Source of the DNA: Dehalococcoidia bacterium
GTDB lineage: Bacteria; Chloroflexota; Dehalococcoidia; Lucifugimonadales; GCA-2717565
Assembly: GCA_009692865.1 (NCBI GenBank)
Contig: SHYH01000001.1
Span: forward strand, 9,548 to 73,547
Reading direction: 5' to 3'
Length of the DNA stretch: 64,000 nucleotides
Below, one piece after another: positions 26,714 through 38,988 of this stretch. Under the pieces are notes generated by a model, which did not search any database, was not told the origin of the DNA, and saw nothing but the letters and a program-made list of their open reading frames with translations. The position numbers were made by a program, and so were the translations under genes. Every line of letters begins with the position of its first letter. The first letter of the stretch is position 1.

Positions 26714-27657
26714 CTAGGCGACCACCGGCGCCACGGCCTCTGCCCGCAAGGGGGCGGTCAGCGGCTTCACCAACAGAATGTACTCCCCTTCAGAGACAAA
26801 GAACCGCTCCTCCAAGCACCGGGCCAGGGACACCTGATACTCCGCCACCAGCCACGCTAGCCGGTGCTGGGCCATTCTCCCCACAACATGGTCCACCAAT
26901 GGGCAGCAGTGCTCTTCCCACTGGGGGTGAAGCAGGAGATCCACCATGGTCTGGGCGCCCCAGCTTTGAAGGCGTACCCAGGCCACTGCGCCCCCTTCCA
27001 CCTCCCACACCAGCTCCTCGCGAGCGCCCAAGGGCTCTTGGTGGGACTCTCTCCACTGGTCCAGGGTCCATGCCTGGTGCAGACGCACCTGGGAGGGGAC
27101 GGCCTGCCAGTAGAGGCGAAAAGGGCAGGATCGTCGCTGGGTTGGCGCCGGCGAAAGGGGAGGAAAGAGGGAGGGACAAGAGGGTAATCACGGAGGCGAC
27201 CAGGTTCGCGACGCCCATTAGACGGCAAGGCCTGGGACCGATAGAGCGTCTCCCGAACGCAGGGAACAAACCCCACCTGGCAGACTTGGGGTAGGAGATC
27301 GCTTTCGGCGGGCAGACGCAGCACCACTCTGTGCCCGCCACGACTCCCAGTAGAGGTGACGACCGCCTCCAGAAGCTCCTGGCAGCCCTGGGCCTCTGGA
27401 GCATCCAGGCAAAGGAGGTCCACCTCCCACAGCCGGGAGCGCGGCCGACGACACGCCGACACCAGGCCAACGAGTCTTCCACCATCCTCCATGACCAGGC
27501 ACATGCTGTCTCTCTGGACCCGCAAGCCTTTTCCCAACAGCTCCATCGTGGAAGGCCCCTGCCTGCCTTCCTGGGCGAGCCGTTCCCTTGTCTCCGCCCA
27601 GTTGTTCCCTGGAAGGCTCTTGGACAGGGAAAGGCGGACGGAGTCCGGGAGACGCAT
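26714..27657 (-). pseudogene. GNAT-like two-lobed hypothetical protein, apparently frameshifted
   Basis: N-terminal frame (...GRLVGLVSACRR...VVLRLPAESDLLPQVCQVGFVPC...) and C-terminal frame (...LPFRLYWQAVPSQVRLHQAWTLDQW...YILLVKPL) overlap. The shift is in the CCCTCCCTC-type run at ~27150-27190. Start uncertain. Confidence 0.4.
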
Positions 27658-27761
27658 GAGACGGATTACAGCCAATGCCCGCCACGCCTCCTTCGAGAGA
27701 GTACAAACAGGTTCGCCCCAGGCCCGCTCGCCCTTCGACACACTCAGGGCTTGTGAGGAAA

Positions 27762-27860
27762 TCCCCCTCGCCCTCTTGGAGAGAGAGGGCTGGGGTGAGG
27801 GTGAAAGCCCCCTCACTCTAACTCTCTCCCCCTGCAGGGGCGAGAGGACAAAACCTCACA
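27762..27860 (-). repeat. Family-C palindromic repeat, copy C1 (partial)
   Basis: CCCTCTTGGAGAGAGAGGG, GGTGAGGGTGAAAGCCCCCTCAC, CTCTCCCCCTGCAGGGGCGAGAG modules in reverse order relative to 31897..32056. Confidence 0.55.
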
Positions 27861-27932
27861 AGCTCTCAGGGTGAGCGTCTTGCCATACCGCGCCTTTTCG
27901 CAAGGATTCACCAGGGCGGCCTTCTTGGGCCG

Positions 27933-28511
27933 CTACCCCTTGTTTAACCACTGCAGAAAATAGGCATGAAGCCGGGTGTCGTTGGTGAGCTCGGGGTGGA
28001 AGGCGGTGACCAGGATGTGGCCCTGTCTGGCCGCCACGGGGGTGCCGTTAGGCAAGGAGGCCATCACCTCCACCCCTTCTCCAACCCGACGGATACTGGG
28101 CGCCCGGATGAAGACGGCCCGAAAAGGCTCGTCCCCCAGGGCCGGGATGTGGAGGTCCTCTTCAAAGCTGTCGGTCTGACGCCCGAAGGCGTTGCGGGTG
28201 ACCACGATGTTCACCAATCCCAGGGGCTTGGGGCGGTCCTCGGTGAGCGCCCCGGCCAGGACGATCATGCCAGCGCATGTCCCCCACACCGGCATTCCAG
28301 CGTGCACTCGCGCTTTGAGGGGCTCGCCCACGTGGTACAGGTCCATGAGGCGACAAATAGTGGTGCTTTCCCCTCCGGGGATGATGAGGGCATCCACCTT
28401 CTCCAGGTCCTGAGGCAGCCGCACCTCGACTCCCTCCACCTCCAGGTCCTTCAACACCTGAAGATGCTCGGCGAAGTCACCCTGGAGGGCAAGGACCCCT
28501 ACCCGCGCCAC
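27933..28511 (-). CDS. pdxT: Pyridoxal 5'-phosphate synthase glutaminase subunit
   Basis: VGVLALQGD N-terminus, GTCAG nucleophile, FHPE C-terminal motif. Confidence 0.92.
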   Translation of the reverse strand: MARVGVLALQGDFAEHLQVLKDLEVEGVEVRLPQDLEKVDALIIPGGESTTICRLMDLYHVGEPLKARVHAGMPVWGTCAGMIVLAGALTEDRPKPLGLVNIVVTRNAFGRQTDSFEEDLHIPALGDEPFRAVFIRAPSIRRVGEGVEVMASLPNGTPVAARQGHILVTAFHPELTNDTRLHAYFLQWLNKG

Positions 28512-28512
28512 C

Positions 28513-29427
28513 CTACCAACCCCGGACTGCGAGTAACTCCTCCTGCTTCAGCCCACGGGCGGCAACGCTCAACATGGGCTCCCCCAAGCCCTCAGACACC
28601 CTCGCCAGGACGTCCGGGTTGTTGTGGTGAGTCGTGGCCTCCACAATGGCCCGAGCAATCCTCGTTTGGACTTCGATCTTTTTTATCTCCGTTTTCTCGT
28701 TCTGGCCGGCCTTGAAGATGCCGGAGCCCACGAAGACGCCATCCACCCCCAGTTGCATCATGAGGGCCGCGTCGGCGGGCGTGGCGATGCCGCCGGCGGC
28801 GAAGTTCACCACGGGCAAGCGCCCGGTGCGATGTACCTCCTGGACCAGATCGATGGGAGCTCCCAGGGCCTTGGCCTCAGCCATCAGCTCGTCCTCCCGC
28901 AGGGACTGGATGTGCCTAATGCTCTTCTGGACGGTCCGCATATGGCGCACGGCCTCCACCACGTCGCCGGTGCCGGCCTCCCCCTTGGTGCGCATCATGG
29001 CCGCGCCCTCGGCGATGCGCCGGAGCGCCTCCCCAAGGTCGCGGCATCCACAGACGAAGGGCACCGTGAAGTCGTGCTTCCAGACGTGGTTCTCCTCATC
29101 GGCGGGGGTCAGCACCTCCGACTCATCAATGTAGTCCACCCCCAGGGCCTGGAGAATCTGGGCCTCCACAAAGTGGCCGATGCGGCATTTAGCCATGACC
29201 GGAATGGTCACCGCCGCCATGATCTCGCGAATCCTTTGGGGGTCAGACATGCGGGCGACACCCCCGGAGGCGCGGATATCGGCGGGCACCCGCTCCAGGG
29301 CCATCACCGCACAGGCGCCCGCCTCCTCGGCGATCTTGGCCTGCTCGGCGTTCACCACGTCCATGATGACGCCACCCTTGAGCATCTGGGCCAGGCCAGC
29401 CTTGGTCCTCCATGTCCCGGTGAGCAT
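28513..29427 (-). CDS. pdxS: Pyridoxal 5'-phosphate synthase lyase subunit
   Basis: [23 protein letters not shown] and full-length PdxS conservation. 1-nt spacer to pdxT. Confidence 0.95.
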   Translation of the reverse strand: MLTGTWRTKAGLAQMLKGGVIMDVVNAEQAKIAEEAGACAVMALERVPADIRASGGVARMSDPQRIREIMAAVTIPVMAKCRIGHFVEAQILQALGVDYIDESEVLTPADEENHVWKHDFTVPFVCGCRDLGEALRRIAEGAAMMRTKGEAGTGDVVEAVRHMRTVQKSIRHIQSLREDELMAEAKALGAPIDLVQEVHRTGRLPVVNFAAGGIATPADAALMMQLGVDGVFVGSGIFKAGQNEKTEIKKIEVQTRIARAIVEATTHHNNPDVLARVSEGLGEPMLSVAARGLKQEELLAVRGW

Positions 29428-29640
29428 ACCTAGCCTCCCTATGGATAAGAATAGTATCTACTCAAGGGGATTATACTCCCGAGGTAGGAAGGGGGCAAGG
29501 AAAGCCTTTCTCGCCCTGAGGCCCTTCCACGGCCTGCGCCTCCACATGGGTCGAAGGCGAGACGTTTTCCGTAACGGCGTGGGGGATGCTTACCGCCCGT
29601 GATGGGGTGTAGGCTAGAGAGACCGACTGGAGAGGGGTCA

Positions 29641-31887
29641 ATGTCTAGCAGCCTGCTTTACCGCCTGGGTCTCCTGATGGTGCGGTTCCGATGGGGCGTC
29701 ATCGCCCTCTGGGTCCTCCTCTTTGTGGCCAGCGTTCCCCTGGTCTCCCTCCTGCCATCGGTCCTCACCTCGGATTTTGGGGTGACAGACACCGAGGCCC
29801 AGCGAGGACTTGCCCTTTTGGGCCAGGAACTGGGCAATGGGGAAACCTCCCTTACGGTGGTGTTCCACAGCACCCAGAAAGAGTTCACCGTCCAGGACCC
29901 CGCGTATGCCCTGGCTGTGACCAAGGCTCTGGCGCCGTTCACATCGGGCCGCATGCCCCACTCCAAAGGTGCGGTGAGCTACTTCGACTCCCACCGCCCC
30001 ACGCTGGTCTCCCCCGATGGCACAACCACCTATGCAACGGTCTTCCTGGACGTCCCCCTCGACAAGGCCCTGGACATGGTGCCCCTGGTGCGGCAGCAGC
30101 TCAGGGCCGAGGGCCTGGAGACCTACGTGACGGGCGGTATTCCCATCTTCCACGACCTCAACACGGTCATCGAGAAGGACGCCCAACGGACCGAAACGGT
30201 GACCTTCCCTCTGGTTCTCATCGCCCTCCTGCTGGTGTTTGGCAGCGCCGTGGCGGCAGGCCTCCCGGTGCTGGTGGGCGCCTTCAGCGTCATCATCAGC
30301 CTGGGTCTGGTCTATCTGCTCAGCTACACCACCAGCATGTCCATCTTCGTGCTAAACATCACCACCTTCCTGGGCCTCGGGCTGGCCGTTGACTACGCCC
30401 TCCTGGTGGTGACCCGCTTTCGAGAGGAGCTGGGCCAACGATCGGTGGAAGAGGCGGTAGGGACCACCCTTGCCACTGCCGGAAGGGCCCTCCTGTTCTC
30501 GGCCCTGACCTCCATCATTGGCCTTTCTGGACTCCTCTTTTTCGACTTCACTATGCTGCGCTCAATAGGCATCGGGGGCATCGCCGTCATCTCCCTCTGC
30601 CTCCTGCTGTCCCTCACCCTCGTCCCTGCCCTCCTGGGTGTCCTGGGACACCGGGTGAATGCCCTTGCCCTGCCCTGGGCGCGGCCTCGCCGACCACGGG
30701 AGGGCATGTGGCATCGGGTTGCGACTCTGGTGATGCGGCACCCCCTCCCCTTTATCGCCCTGTTGGTGCCTGCGCTCTTCCTGCTGGGGACACCTTTCCT
30801 CCGGGTGAACCTGAACGCCCCCTGGGCCGACGTCCTGCCCGCCCATGTGGAGTCCCGCATCGGATGGGACCTGGTTGCTCAAGAGTTGGGGCCAGGCGAG
30901 CTGGCGCCGATCCTGCTGGCCGTCCAGTCGGCGGGCCCTATTCTGGCCCCCGACCAGGTAGGCGCCCTCTACGACCTGGTGCACCCCTTTGTCGAGGACC
31001 CTCGAGTCCAACGCGTTGAAAGCATCGTTACCCTGGACCCACGCCTGGGGCGAGAGGCGTACCAGAAGCTCTACGGGGGCGCCAATCCAGCTTCGCCTCC
31101 GGCTGTCCAGGCAGCCCTGGCAAAGCTGACGAGGGACGACTTCACGCTGGTGCAGATTGTCCCTCGCTATCCCCCCATGTCGCCGGAGACCCAGGCTTTG
31201 GTGCGTGATTTACGCGACGCGAGGCGCGAGGCAGGCCTCCAAGTCCTGGTGACGGGGGCCACGGCGGACCTGATGGACGCCACCCAGGCAATGTACCAGG
31301 CCTTCCCCAAAGCCGTGGCGTACATCCTCATCGCCACGTACCTCGCCCTTCTTGTCCTTTTTCGGTCCATCCTGCTGCCCCTCAAGGCGGTGGCGATGAA
31401 CCTGCTGAGCATCTTCGCCAGTTACGGCGCCCTGGTGGTCATCTTCCAAGAGGGATTCCTCTCGGGCCTCCTCGGCTTTACCCCCAGCGGCTCCATTGAC
31501 TCCGCCCTGCCAATCCTCATGTTCATGATCCTCTTTGGGGTGAGCATGGACTATGAGGTGTTCCTCTTGACCCGGGTCAAGGAGGAGTACGACCGCACAG
31601 GGGACAACACGGCCAGCGTGGCTGCGGGCATAGAGCAGACGGGACAGGTCATCACCAGCGCCGCCCTGATCCTGGTGCTGGTGGCTGGCGGGATGGCAAC
31701 CTCGGAGGTGATATCGCTGAAAGCGATAGGCCTGGGCATGGCCATCGCCATCTTCCTGGACGCCTCGGTGGTGCGGGCCCTGCTGGTGCCGGCGCTGATG
31801 CGGCTCCTGGGCGCCTGGAACTGGTGGGCCCCTGGGTTCATCAGAGGGAGGCAGTCAGCGCCTGGCTCTGGGAAGCTGGCGCCCTAG
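29641..31887 (+). CDS. MMPL-family RND-type membrane transporter
   Basis: 12-TM topology with two MMPL halves (...DYALLVVTRFREE..., ...MDYEVFLLTRVKEEY...). Start moved to ATG 29641 (GGAGAGGGG Shine-Dalgarno). Confidence 0.85.
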   Translation: MSSSLLYRLGLLMVRFRWGVIALWVLLFVASVPLVSLLPSVLTSDFGVTDTEAQRGLALLGQELGNGETSLTVVFHSTQKEFTVQDPAYALAVTKALAPFTSGRMPHSKGAVSYFDSHRPTLVSPDGTTTYATVFLDVPLDKALDMVPLVRQQLRAEGLETYVTGGIPIFHDLNTVIEKDAQRTETVTFPLVLIALLLVFGSAVAAGLPVLVGAFSVIISLGLVYLLSYTTSMSIFVLNITTFLGLGLAVDYALLVVTRFREELGQRSVEEAVGTTLATAGRALLFSALTSIIGLSGLLFFDFTMLRSIGIGGIAVISLCLLLSLTLVPALLGVLGHRVNALALPWARPRRPREGMWHRVATLVMRHPLPFIALLVPALFLLGTPFLRVNLNAPWADVLPAHVESRIGWDLVAQELGPGELAPILLAVQSAGPILAPDQVGALYDLVHPFVEDPRVQRVESIVTLDPRLGREAYQKLYGGANPASPPAVQAALAKLTRDDFTLVQIVPRYPPMSPETQALVRDLRDARREAGLQVLVTGATADLMDATQAMYQAFPKAVAYILIATYLALLVLFRSILLPLKAVAMNLLSIFASYGALVVIFQEGFLSGLLGFTPSGSIDSALPILMFMILFGVSMDYEVFLLTRVKEEYDRTGDNTASVAAGIEQTGQVITSAALILVLVAGGMATSEVISLKAIGLGMAIAIFLDASVVRALLVPALMRLLGAWNWWAPGFIRGRQSAPGSGKLAP

Positions 31888-31896
31888 TAGGTTGCG

Positions 31897-32056
31897 GAGG
31901 AATCCCAAGGGCTTGGCAAGGGGGCTCTGCCCCCTTGCCAAGGGGACTGGGAGATACCCCCAGAGACAATACCCCCCCTCTCCTGCAGGGGAGGGGGCCA
32001 GGGAGTGAGGTATACGCCCTTGGAGAGGGCGAACTTAATGTGTTGAGATTTCGGGG
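31897..32056 (+). repeat. Family-C palindromic repeat, copy C2
   Basis: GGCAAGGGGGCTCTGCCCCCTTGCC + GGGAGATACCCCCAGAG + CCCCCTCTCCTGCAGGGGAGGGGG + GAGTGAGGTATACGCCCTTGGAGAGGGC + TGTTGAGATTTC. Begins 10 nt after the MMPL stop. Confidence 0.7.
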
Positions 32057-32196
32057 ACGGGAACCCAAGAGGAAAGCACAGGAGCACTCCCTGCCACCCA
32101 CAGGCCTTTTCCTCGCACGACCCAGCCCGTATAATTGGGTGTATCCTCGAAAGCGCCGCCGCCCAGCGGAGAACCTTTCCCCTTCGAGAGGCCGCC

Positions 32197-32682
32197 ATGC
32201 CCGCCGATCAAGAGCAGCTTCGCCAGGTGTGGAGCCGATTCGCTACCGGCGTCACCGTCATTACCACCCTTGACGCCCAAGACCGGGTCCACGGGATGAC
32301 GGCCAATGCCTTGTGCTCCGTCTCCCTGGACCCTCCGCTCGCCCTCCTCCTGGTGGCCCAGGAGCGCGCCACTCACACCCTGGTCGCACGGCGGCGAAGC
32401 TTTGGCATCAATATCCTTGCTGAGCACCAACGCGAGGCGGCGGTCTACTATGCCCAGGGCCTCAAGGATGGCCCGCTGCCCGATGGGGTGCGGTTCCGGT
32501 TCACTCCGCAGGGGACGGCGGTCCTGGAGGGGTGCCTGGGCTACCTGGACTGTCAGGTGGTGGCCGAGCACAAGGCGGGCGACCACACCCTGTTCATCGC
32601 CGAGGTGCTGGAGGCGGGTGCGAGCCAGGGCCAGCCCCTGGTCTACTACCGCAGCTCCTATGGCAAGTGGGAAGGCGGCTAA
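32197..32682 (+). CDS. Flavin reductase-like FMN-binding (split-barrel) protein
   Basis: FATGVTVITT and HGMTANALCSVSLDPPL motifs. 161 aa. Confidence 0.85.
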   Translation: MPADQEQLRQVWSRFATGVTVITTLDAQDRVHGMTANALCSVSLDPPLALLLVAQERATHTLVARRRSFGINILAEHQREAAVYYAQGLKDGPLPDGVRFRFTPQGTAVLEGCLGYLDCQVVAEHKAGDHTLFIAEVLEAGASQGQPLVYYRSSYGKWEGG

Positions 32683-32687
32683 CACCC

Positions 32688-33017
32688 ATGCCCGTAGAGC
32701 CAAAGCTGGTGCAGATAGATAACGCGGGTGTCTACATCGAGTGGCAGGACGGCCACCGAAGCGTCTACCCCCACAGGTACCTGCGCCTCCGGTGCCGCTG
32801 CGCCGAGTGCATCGAGGAGTGGACCCAACGCCCCGTGCTGGACCCCGCCAAGGTGCCCCCTAGCGTGGCGGTGCTGGACCACCTGACAGTGGGGGCCTAC
32901 GCCATCCAGTTCCTCTTCAGTGACGCCCACTACACGGGCATCTACACCTACGACTTCCTCCGTGTCATCTGCGCCTGTGACGAGTGCAGGGCCAAAGAAA
33001 AGAAAGAGGATTTCTAG
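32688..33017 (+). CDS. DUF971 (gamma-butyrobetaine hydroxylase N-terminal-like) zinc-binding protein
   Basis: YLRLRCRCAECIEEW and SDAHYTGIYTYDFL motifs. Start trimmed to ATG 32688. Confidence 0.75.
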   Translation: MPVEPKLVQIDNAGVYIEWQDGHRSVYPHRYLRLRCRCAECIEEWTQRPVLDPAKVPPSVAVLDHLTVGAYAIQFLFSDAHYTGIYTYDFLRVICACDECRAKEKKEDF

Positions 33018-33245
33018 CCATGGTTTCAGGCGGGCCTTCAGCGTCGGAGCATAAGAAGTGTCTCGCGGAGGCGGTCTACCCACTGGCGCACGAGACGTAC
33101 GTACTCCACCCTCACGTGCAAGGGTTGTCCACCACTCCCCAGCCACCCCTCCTTCGCATCACCCTCACCCACCACCCTGTCTCCGAAGCCCCGCCGGTGG
33201 TACAATCTTCGTTAGGCCTGTTCCAGACACCGCGCGGAGGAGCCC

Positions 33246-36134
<2,889 letters not shown>

Positions 36135-36183
36135 GCATTGTGTATGCGTTACGTTAACATTAACATAGGTGGAGGTGTAGGCC

Positions 36184-36468
36184 ATGGTAGACCTGCTGGG
36201 AAACCCTTTTGTAGGGGTTCACGAGCTACGCAAGGAGCTAACTGCTCTCCTGGAGCAGGTGCAAGGGGAAGGTGTTGACCTGGTGGTCACCCAGCAAGGC
36301 AAGCCTGCGGCAGTCATGATGAGCGTGGAGAGGTACCTTGAGCTGCAGCAGGCCTTGCGCGACCTCTCAGACCCGGAGTACGTCAGGGCTTTGCTGGAAG
36401 CCCGCAGGGAGATCAGGGAAGGGCAAGGGATTACCATTGAGGAGGCGCTCAAGGAAAGAGGGCGCTAG
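36184..36468 (+). CDS. Phd/YefM-family antitoxin
   Basis: VHELRKELTALLEQV...VVTQQGKPAAVMMSVERYLELQ. Immediately precedes the toxin gene. Confidence 0.8.
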   Translation: MVDLLGNPFVGVHELRKELTALLEQVQGEGVDLVVTQQGKPAAVMMSVERYLELQQALRDLSDPEYVRALLEARREIREGQGITIEEALKERGR

Positions 36469-36729
36469 GTGTATCCGGTCGTCCTCTCCCGAAGGGCTCA
36501 CCGAACCCAGCGGGACCTGCCTGCTGAGGATGCTAGAAGGGTTGCCGACGCCCTGGTACGGCTCCAGCGTGACCCTCGCACAATGGGGGTCATCAAGCTA
36601 ACCGGCTTGCGTATAGCTGAGTACAGGCTGCAGGTGGGAAACTACCGAATCCTCTTCGATATTGATGATGAAGCCAGCGTGGTGGAGGTCCTGGATATAC
36701 GGAGGCGGAGTGAAGGGGCCTACCGATAA
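36469..36729 (+). CDS. RelE/ParE-family toxin
   Basis: 86 aa, ...EYRLQVGNYRILFDIDDEASVVEVLDIRRR. GTG start directly follows the antitoxin TAG. Confidence 0.8.
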   Translation: MYPVVLSRRAHRTQRDLPAEDARRVADALVRLQRDPRTMGVIKLTGLRIAEYRLQVGNYRILFDIDDEASVVEVLDIRRRSEGAYR

Positions 36730-36734
36730 CCCCG

Positions 36735-36861
36735 TAGCAGGGTGCCAAAAAAGGGGATTGGCAAGGGGGCTCTGCCCCCTTGCACGGGGGTATAGGGGTG
36801 TCCCCCATAGCAAAAACTCCCCCCTTCCTCAAAGGAAGGGGGTTAGGGGGATGGTCGAAAG
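36735..36861 (-). mobile_element. Family-A MITE-like element, copy A8 (reverse orientation, one end truncated)
   Basis: TAGCAGGGTGCCAAAAAAGGGG ... GGGGGCTCTGCCCCC ... CCCCCCTTCCTCAAAGGAAGGGGG ... GGGGGATGGTCGAAAG, then truncated 6 nt before ATG 36867. Confidence 0.7.
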
Positions 36862-36866
36862 CAATT

Positions 36867-37700
36867 ATGACCACTGACTACGTTCTCGTCCACGGAGCAG
36901 GCGAGGGGAACTGGATCTGGGACGGCGTCCAGGAGGCCCTTAGCCGGCGCGCCAGGACCTACGCTGCGGTCCACGGGAGCCACCTTCGACCCCAGAGCGC
37001 AGTGAACCAGATATTGGCCAAGGACCTGCCCGGCCACGGCTACCGCCGCCATGAGGACCCCTCTCGCATCACCCTCAAGGACTACGTGGACGCCGTGGTG
37101 GGCTGGATCGAGGAGGACCGCCTGCGCAACGTGGTGCTGGTGGGCCACGGCATGGCGGGGCTCATCCTGCCCCAGGTGGCCGAGCGCCTCAAAGGCCGCA
37201 TCAAGCGCCTAGTGTTCCTCGGCGCCCTGGTCCCTGCCCAGCAACCCGGCGCCTTGGAGCGCCTGATGTTCGTCAACGCCTTCATTCCCGACCAGGAGAA
37301 GACCGCGGCGGGAGGCCTTCCGTTAACGCGCCGTCTGCCCTTCCTGCTACGGTCGCTGCTGAAGTTCCACGACAAGCGAGGGCTCCGGCCCCTCCACAAG
37401 GCCCTGGCCCAGACCCTCCTGTGCAACGGCATGGAGGCCAAGGAGGCCGGGGCCGTCATCGGCCGCCTCACGACCACACCCTTCCTGCCCCTGGTCACCC
37501 CTGTAAGCCTCAACAGCGTGAGAGGCCTTCCCAGCACCTACGTCGTGTTCACCCAAGACCGCCTGCTGCCGCCCGCCCACCAGCGCCGCATGGCGAAAAA
37601 CCTCGGAAGCCCGGAGGTGGTGGAGCTTCCCGGCGGCCACATCTCGGGCCTGGTGCTGCAGGCCACGGCGATCGCCGATCTGCTGGCGGGGTACGCGTAG
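36867..37700 (+). CDS. Alpha/beta-fold protein with non-canonical nucleophile elbow (GHGMAG)
   Basis: YVLVHGAGEG N-terminus and SABP2/esterase-like layout. The elbow reads LVGHGMAG where GHSxGG is expected. Confidence 0.7.
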   Translation: MTTDYVLVHGAGEGNWIWDGVQEALSRRARTYAAVHGSHLRPQSAVNQILAKDLPGHGYRRHEDPSRITLKDYVDAVVGWIEEDRLRNVVLVGHGMAGLILPQVAERLKGRIKRLVFLGALVPAQQPGALERLMFVNAFIPDQEKTAAGGLPLTRRLPFLLRSLLKFHDKRGLRPLHKALAQTLLCNGMEAKEAGAVIGRLTTTPFLPLVTPVSLNSVRGLPSTYVVFTQDRLLPPAHQRRMAKNLGSPEVVELPGGHISGLVLQATAIADLLAGYA

Positions 37701-37797
37701 GGACGCCTGGAGAGCCCCAGCCACCGGTGGAGCGGAATGGGGGTCGTCGGGAAGACTTCCAATTGAGACCCATGCGTAACGGAGACGTACCTCAGAG

Positions 37798-37983
37798 TTG
37801 ACAACGATTACTTCACCCGAACGGTATCCACCCATACAGGCGGCGCGCTATAGAGGCGATATTGACGGATTAAGAGCCATCGCCGTCGTCGCAGTGATGC
37901 TCTTTCACGCTGGTTTTATCGGCTTCAAGGATAGTTCCCTTTGCTATACTCTAGGCCAGTCTGAGGCGATGCGCCGAGTGTAG
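37798..37983 (+). pseudogene. N-terminal fragment of an acyltransferase-3 (OafA-like) gene
   Basis: RYRGDIDGLRAIAVVAVMLFHAG matches the family N-terminus, but the ORF stops after 61 aa. Locally lower GC. Confidence 0.5.
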
Positions 37984-38023
37984 CAACTCCCCCAACGTTT
38001 CGATAGGCAGTTCAGAGATCGTT

Positions 38024-38722
38024 ATGAGCCAAATCGTGGTGGTGACGAGCCGCGATCGGGAAAGCCCGGTGAACAGCGCCTTGCAGGACACAGGGTTCAC
38101 CACAACGGTGGTTCCCGACACGGAGGGCTTTCGCTCCCTCCCCCCACAAGAGGCCCCCGATGCGGTGATCGTTGACTACTCGTCGGTGGCCGTCGCAGAT
38201 GGCGCCGAGGTGGTGGACGAGTGCCGGAAGCGGCGCCTCCCCGTCCTGGCCCTAGTCCCAAATGGGGCCCTGGGCGACTACGACTTCACTCGCAGCGGCG
38301 ACGACTTTGTCACCCTTCCCTGTGCGCCGCAAGAGATCATCACACGAGTCCGCCAGCTCCTTTGGAAAACCAGGCCCAAGAACCGAACAGAGGTGCTCAA
38401 GTTTGGCGACCTGCAGATCCACCTGGAGCGGTACGAGGTCTCGGTCCGAGGCAGACCCGTCCTCCTGACCTATAAGGAGTACCAACTGCTGCTCTTCCTC
38501 GCCTCTGCGCCGGGCAGGGTCTACAGCCGGGAGACGCTGCTGAGCCGCATCTGGGGGTACGACTACATCGGCGGCACGCGGACCGTGGACGTCCACGTGC
38601 GTCGGCTGCGCAGCAAGCTGGGCGAGGGCCAGGACTCCTTCGTCGAGACCGTGTGGAACGTGGGCTACCGGTTTCGCTCTACCGACGGGCAAACCCCTAG
38701 CGGCGAAGGCTCTCTCCGCTAG
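38024..38722 (+). CDS. OmpR/PhoB-type winged-helix regulator with degenerate (pseudo-)receiver domain
   Basis: C-terminal LTYKEYQLLLFL...RTVDVHVRRLRSKL...VWNVGYRF. The receiver lacks the acidic pair (VVVTSRD), the T/S (ALVPNG) and the Lys (DDFVTLPC). Confidence 0.8.
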   Translation: MSQIVVVTSRDRESPVNSALQDTGFTTTVVPDTEGFRSLPPQEAPDAVIVDYSSVAVADGAEVVDECRKRRLPVLALVPNGALGDYDFTRSGDDFVTLPCAPQEIITRVRQLLWKTRPKNRTEVLKFGDLQIHLERYEVSVRGRPVLLTYKEYQLLLFLASAPGRVYSRETLLSRIWGYDYIGGTRTVDVHVRRLRSKLGEGQDSFVETVWNVGYRFRSTDGQTPSGEGSLR

Positions 38723-38988
38723 CAAGCAAGGCGTGCCCTGCACCCACCGGTCCCGATACATCGGGATGGGCCCTGGGAGAGGGAAAGTGCCACCCTTCCG
38801 CTCCCCTTGGCTGGATAGTTGCCGAGGGGTCTTCCCAACCCTTGGTTTTTGGTGTATGCTGTTGGCCGTTGCCGTGGGTAGCCGCTATCTGAGGTGTGGT
38901 CGCTGTAGCTAGGGGTCGGCATCACACGGGAAACAGGCAGCAGGCGCCCGAAGGCGCACAGCACACCACAAGCGTGAAGGAGGAAGAG

